This document shows, piece after piece, positions 60,900 through 64,000 of a stretch of DNA of 64,000 nucleotides. The stretch spans positions 974 through 64,973 of the forward strand of contig CAIWXX010000003.1 of assembly GCA_903916735.1 (NCBI GenBank), read 5' to 3'. Numbering within the stretch: position 1 is the stretch's first letter; every line of letters starts with the position of its first letter. The stretch is from an uncultured Acidobacteriota bacterium (GTDB taxonomy: Bacteria > Acidobacteriota > CAIWXX01). The position numbers and the translations under genes were made by a program. The notes below the pieces were generated by a model, which was not told where the DNA came from, did no database searches, and saw nothing but the letters and a program-made list of their open reading frames with translations.

Positions 60900-61213
60900 G
60901 TCTGCCTCGCTTTTTTTACTAGCGTCCTTTTACCACACACCTCCGTCTCCGCCAACATTTATGTGATGAGATTCATGACCGGACGAATGATCCGGCTAGG
61001 CCGCGGGTCATTGTGTCGTGTCCTGCAATGAAGTGATCGCCTTCACTGAGATACATATCAAAACACGGAAGTGCGCCTTTTTCTTGCTTCGAAATGCTCC
61101 TGGCGCCTCTATCGATGGGAAACGAGGGAGAGTTTGGGGTGAAATTGCCTGCCGCCATCCGTTTGACTCACTTGAACGGTTCATGTTACAAATCTTGTTC
61201 TGGTGAGCTTAAA

Positions 61214-61633
61214 ATGATTAGTATTGATGGCTCTCTGATCATTATCATTGCCATCATTGGCTTCTTGATTTTCGCATTAAACCGCCTGTTTTTCAGGCCG
61301 GTTCAGAGGGTCATGGAAGAACGCGAGCGACGGATCTCGGGCCCCCAACAAGAAGCAAAGCGCATCCTGGACGATCATGACAAACAGCTTGCATCCCTGC
61401 AGGCGGCCACTTCGAAGGCCCGTCGCGAGGCCAATCTGTACAAAGCGCAGTTTCGGGAGAAGGCTCGCGAAGAGAGTGAGAAGGTTGTGGAGGCATCGAA
61501 CACCGAGGGTCGGCAGCGGCTGGAGCGCGAATCGGCGCTGCTGGGAGAACAGAAAAAACATGTTCGCAATGAATTGACGGCTCACATTCAGACTCTGGCG
61601 AATAAAATCGCCGGGCACTTTGTTCGCGGATGA
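61214..61633 (+). CDS. atpF: F0F1 ATP synthase subunit b'
   Basis: An RBS GGTGAG precedes ATG 61214. A single N-terminal transmembrane helix, LIIIIAIIGFLIFAL, is followed by a long charged coiled coil. It sits immediately upstream of the second b subunit. Confidence 0.6.
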   Translation: MISIDGSLIIIIAIIGFLIFALNRLFFRPVQRVMEERERRISGPQQEAKRILDDHDKQLASLQAATSKARREANLYKAQFREKAREESEKVVEASNTEGRQRLERESALLGEQKKHVRNELTAHIQTLANKIAGHFVRG

Positions 61634-62199
61634 GAGTCTTACGCGCCCTGTTGTTGCTTGCTCTGGTGGCTTTGCCTGTCCTCGCCTCCCAGGAAGGCGC
61701 CGAAGCAGCTCGTTCCCATTCTCAAAGCCTGATCCAGCTCTTGGCGCCTTATGTCAACTTCGCTGTTCTCGTCGGCATCCTCCTCTTTCTTCTCAAGAAG
61801 CCCATGGCTGATTTTCTTGTTGAGAAGCGGGAAGCCATCACAAAAATGCTGGAAGATTCGGAGACCGCGCGGGATGCCGCCATCCAGAGGATGAACGAAT
61901 TGCAGGTGAAGTTGCAGTCGCTGGAAGGCGACATGGACATCATCCGCAAAAACGCTCAGGCCGAAGCACTCGCCGAAAAGGACCGCCTCATCGCCGAGGC
62001 GCATGAAGAAGCGCGCCGCATTCTGTCGGCGGCCGAGAAGGAAATCTCCAATCGCTATACGGTCGCCGTCCGCGATCTTAAAACCTATGTCGTCACGGAA
62101 GCAGTGGCGCAGGCCGAAAATATCGTCAAGGAACGGTTGAAGGACGATAGTCACGAAAAGCTGATCGATTCCTACCTTGACCGGCTGAGCAAGAACTGA
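61630..62199 (+). CDS. atpF: F0F1 ATP synthase subunit b
   Basis: The same N-terminal transmembrane plus coiled-coil architecture is present, and the gene is followed by atpH. Confidence 0.65.
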   Translation: MRVLRALLLLALVALPVLASQEGAEAARSHSQSLIQLLAPYVNFAVLVGILLFLLKKPMADFLVEKREAITKMLEDSETARDAAIQRMNELQVKLQSLEGDMDIIRKNAQAEALAEKDRLIAEAHEEARRILSAAEKEISNRYTVAVRDLKTYVVTEAVAQAENIVKERLKDDSHEKLIDSYLDRLSKN

Positions 62200-62741
62200 T
62201 GATTGCCGAAGTTCTCGCTCGACGCTATGCCAAGGCCCTCCTGAACAGCCTCCCCGGCCCCGGCGATTATGCATCATCCCTCTCCGAATTGAAAAAGCTG
62301 GATATTCTGATCAACACCAATAAGCCTCTCCGCGATGCGCTCTTCCATCCAACTCTTCCAAAAACCAAGAAAGCGGACATTTTCCGGGCGATTTTCGAGA
62401 AACTGATGCCAAGCCCGAAGGTGGGAGCTTTCTGCCTGACGATCATCGATCATGGGCGCATCATCATGTTTTCGGAGATCGTGAAGGCGGTCGAGCGCGA
62501 GTGGGAACGGAGGCAGAGGATTATCGAGGTCGAGATTCGGAGCGCTGTGCCTTTGAAAAGCACACAGCGAGCGCGCCTCGAAGCCGAGCTCTCTCGAATC
62601 ACGGCGGCAAAACTCAAACCGATTTACAAGCTCGACGATTCGCTAGTTGCCGGTGTCGTGACACGCATCGGCACGACCTTCTATGATGGCAGCCTGAAGA
62701 GTCAGCTCCGGCTCATGCGCGAAAGCCTGCTTAATAGTTAG
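62199..62741 (+). CDS. atpH: F0F1 ATP synthase subunit delta (OSCP)
   Basis: [20 protein letters not shown]-terminus. Confidence 0.8.
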   Translation: MIAEVLARRYAKALLNSLPGPGDYASSLSELKKLDILINTNKPLRDALFHPTLPKTKKADIFRAIFEKLMPSPKVGAFCLTIIDHGRIIMFSEIVKAVEREWERRQRIIEVEIRSAVPLKSTQRARLEAELSRITAAKLKPIYKLDDSLVAGVVTRIGTTFYDGSLKSQLRLMRESLLNS

Positions 62742-62757
62742 AACTCTGGAGTCGCAA

Positions 62758-64000
62758 ATGGAAATCAAGGCCGAAGAAATCAGTCGCATCATTCAGCAAC
62801 AGCTCGAAGGCTTCAAGCCGGATATCGACATCCAGGAAATCGGGACTGTGATGTCGGTTGGGGACGGCATCTCGCGCGTGTATGGCCTCGAGAAGGTCAT
62901 GTACGGCGAGTTGCTGGAGTTCCCCCACGGCGTCATGGGCCTCGCCCTGAATCTCGAAGAGGATAACGTCGGCGTCGTGCTGATGGGCGAAGTTTACCTG
63001 ATCAAGGAAGGGGATCAGGTCAAGCGAACGCGACGCATCATGGAGGTCCCGGCCGGCGACGCCATGATCGGCCGGGTCGTCGACGCCCTCGGTCAGCCTC
63101 TCGACGGCAAAGGTCCGATCATCACGGATCGTTACATGCCCGTCGAACGCCTGGCGCCGGGCGTTGTCGATCGTTTGCCCGTCAAAGAAGCCCTGCAAAC
63201 AGGACTCAAGCCCATCGATGGAATGATTCCGATCGGACGCGGCCAGCGCGAGCTGATCATCGGCGATCGGCAGACGGGCAAAACGGCCATCGCGATCGAT
63301 ACCATCATCAACCAGAAAAAAAGCGGCGTCATCTGCATTTATGTCGCCATCGGCCAGAAGAACTCGACCGTCGCACAGGTGGTTAAGACACTCGAAGACT
63401 ACGACGCCATGAAATACTCGATCGTTGTTTCTGCCACAGCGTCGGAACCCGCGCCCCTCCAGTACCTTGCGCCTTATGCCGGATGCGCTATGGGCGAGTA
63501 TTTCCGAGACACAGGGCATCATGTGCTCTGCGTCTACGATGATCTCAGCAAGCATGCGGCGGCTTATCGCGAGATTTCACTTCTTTTGCGGCGGCCACCC
63601 GGTCGTGAGGCTTTCCCGGGCGATATTTTCTATCTCCACTCTCGGCTCCTTGAACGCGCCGCAAAGCTCAACAAGGAGTTGGGCGAAGGATCGCTCACGG
63701 CTCTCCCCATCATCGAAACACAGGCCGGCGATCTTTCGGCTTACATCCCGACCAATGTTATTTCAATCACCGACGGCCAAATTTTTTTGGAAACGGATCT
63801 TTTTCATTCCGGCATTCGTCCGGCCATCAACGTCGGGAATTCGGTCTCGCGAGTCGGTGGCAACGCTCAGATCAGGGCCATGCGGCAGGTGGCTGGGACG
63901 CTCCGTTTGGAGTTGGCGCAGTATCGCGAAATGGCGGCCTTTGCGCAATTCGGGAGCGACCTCGACCAGACCACTCAAGCTCAACTCAACCGCGGCGCGC
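62758..64000 (+). CDS. atpA: F0F1 ATP synthase subunit alpha, with its 3' end beyond the window
   Basis: Translation from ATG 62758 gives [44 protein letters not shown]. The P-loop GDRQTGKT is present, and the frame stays open to the window edge. The ORF is absent from the track because it has no stop in the window. Confidence 0.9.
   Translation, partial: MEIKAEEISRIIQQQLEGFKPDIDIQEIGTVMSVGDGISRVYGLEKVMYGELLEFPHGVMGLALNLEEDNVGVVLMGEVYLIKEGDQVKRTRRIMEVPAGDAMIGRVVDALGQPLDGKGPIITDRYMPVERLAPGVVDRLPVKEALQTGLKPIDGMIPIGRGQRELIIGDRQTGKTAIAIDTIINQKKSGVICIYVAIGQKNSTVAQVVKTLEDYDAMKYSIVVSATASEPAPLQYLAPYAGCAMGEYFRDTGHHVLCVYDDLSKHAAAYREISLLLRRPPGREAFPGDIFYLHSRLLERAAKLNKELGEGSLTALPIIETQAGDLSAYIPTNVISITDGQIFLETDLFHSGIRPAINVGNSVSRVGGNAQIRAMRQVAGTLRLELAQYREMAAFAQFGSDLDQTTQAQLNRGA

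Noticed and set aside
62731-63555. 274-aa minus-strand ORF
   Set aside because: It is antisense to atpA, whose plus-strand reading gives the canonical F1-alpha sequence.
61214-64000. Duplicated b subunits in the atp operon
   Set aside because: The b'/b pair followed by delta-alpha, with atpB and atpE encoded elsewhere, is an established arrangement in several phyla. It is not novel.

Overview
This is a 64 kb high-GC bacterial chromosomal segment, about 60 % GC, most likely from a Gram-negative, cytochrome-c-rich lineage, with gene order reminiscent of Desulfobacterota, Acidobacteria or Nitrospirota. It is densely coding and mostly housekeeping. The left edge carries the 3' end of an OprB-family porin gene. 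Next is a nickel regulator gene, nikR, broken by two -1 frameshifts, followed by a roughly 650 bp gap with no convincing gene. A secreted papain-like (C1) cysteine protease with three C-terminal repeat domains comes next, then a short GH15 glycoside-hydrolase remnant and a NUDIX CoA-pyrophosphatase-like hydrolase. A small DUF2089-like HTH protein is co-operonic with an unknown membrane protein, behind a promoter that carries a perfect palindrome. A housekeeping run follows: xseA-xseB-ispA-tlyA-nadK, an IPT/NHL beta-propeller protein, ssb, a Memo-like protein, DUF948 and YtxH stress proteins, and glgC. Two tandem sensor kinases follow, the second a REC-GAF-HK hybrid. An NRAMP-family transporter carries a DAGG metal-site motif (the NRMT magnesium-transporter signature) and sits next to a soluble MgtE-N plus CBS protein. 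A glycan-modification cluster on the minus strand holds two SAM methyltransferases, an MTase-GT2 fusion and GDP-fucose synthase, with a GT-C membrane glycosyltransferase divergent on the plus strand. After that come an orphan larC, metG, tatD, an SH3b protein and a SAM methyltransferase. A minus-strand operon encodes two Roadblock/LC7 proteins and a tandem-PPK2 polyphosphate:AMP phosphotransferase. A parA remnant sits upstream of pdxR-pdxS-pdxT, followed by tsaE, nnr, a secreted Cys/Met-rich protein, an IMPase (suhB-like), cdnL with a consensus promoter and terminator, and a CorC/CNNM transporter. The System I cytochrome c maturation cluster has the order ccmE(Cys variant)-ccmF-[zinc-ribbon membrane protein]-[secreted anchored protein]-ccmA-ccmB-ccmC-ccmD, with no ccmG or ccmH. 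A periplasmic beta-propeller sensor ends in a cytoplasmic Cys-rich tail. The window closes with an RNB ribonuclease, a POT peptide transporter and the start of an atpF'-atpF-atpH-atpA operon. I found no rRNA, tRNA, CRISPR array or intact mobile element. The candidates I consider most worth a second look are the NRMT plus MgtE-N/CBS pair, the ccm cluster with two inserted unknown genes and a CxxxY CcmE, the Roadblock-Roadblock-PAP operon, the polyprenyl-P-sugar-type glycosylation cluster, the DUF2089 plus membrane-protein pair, and the decayed nikR.
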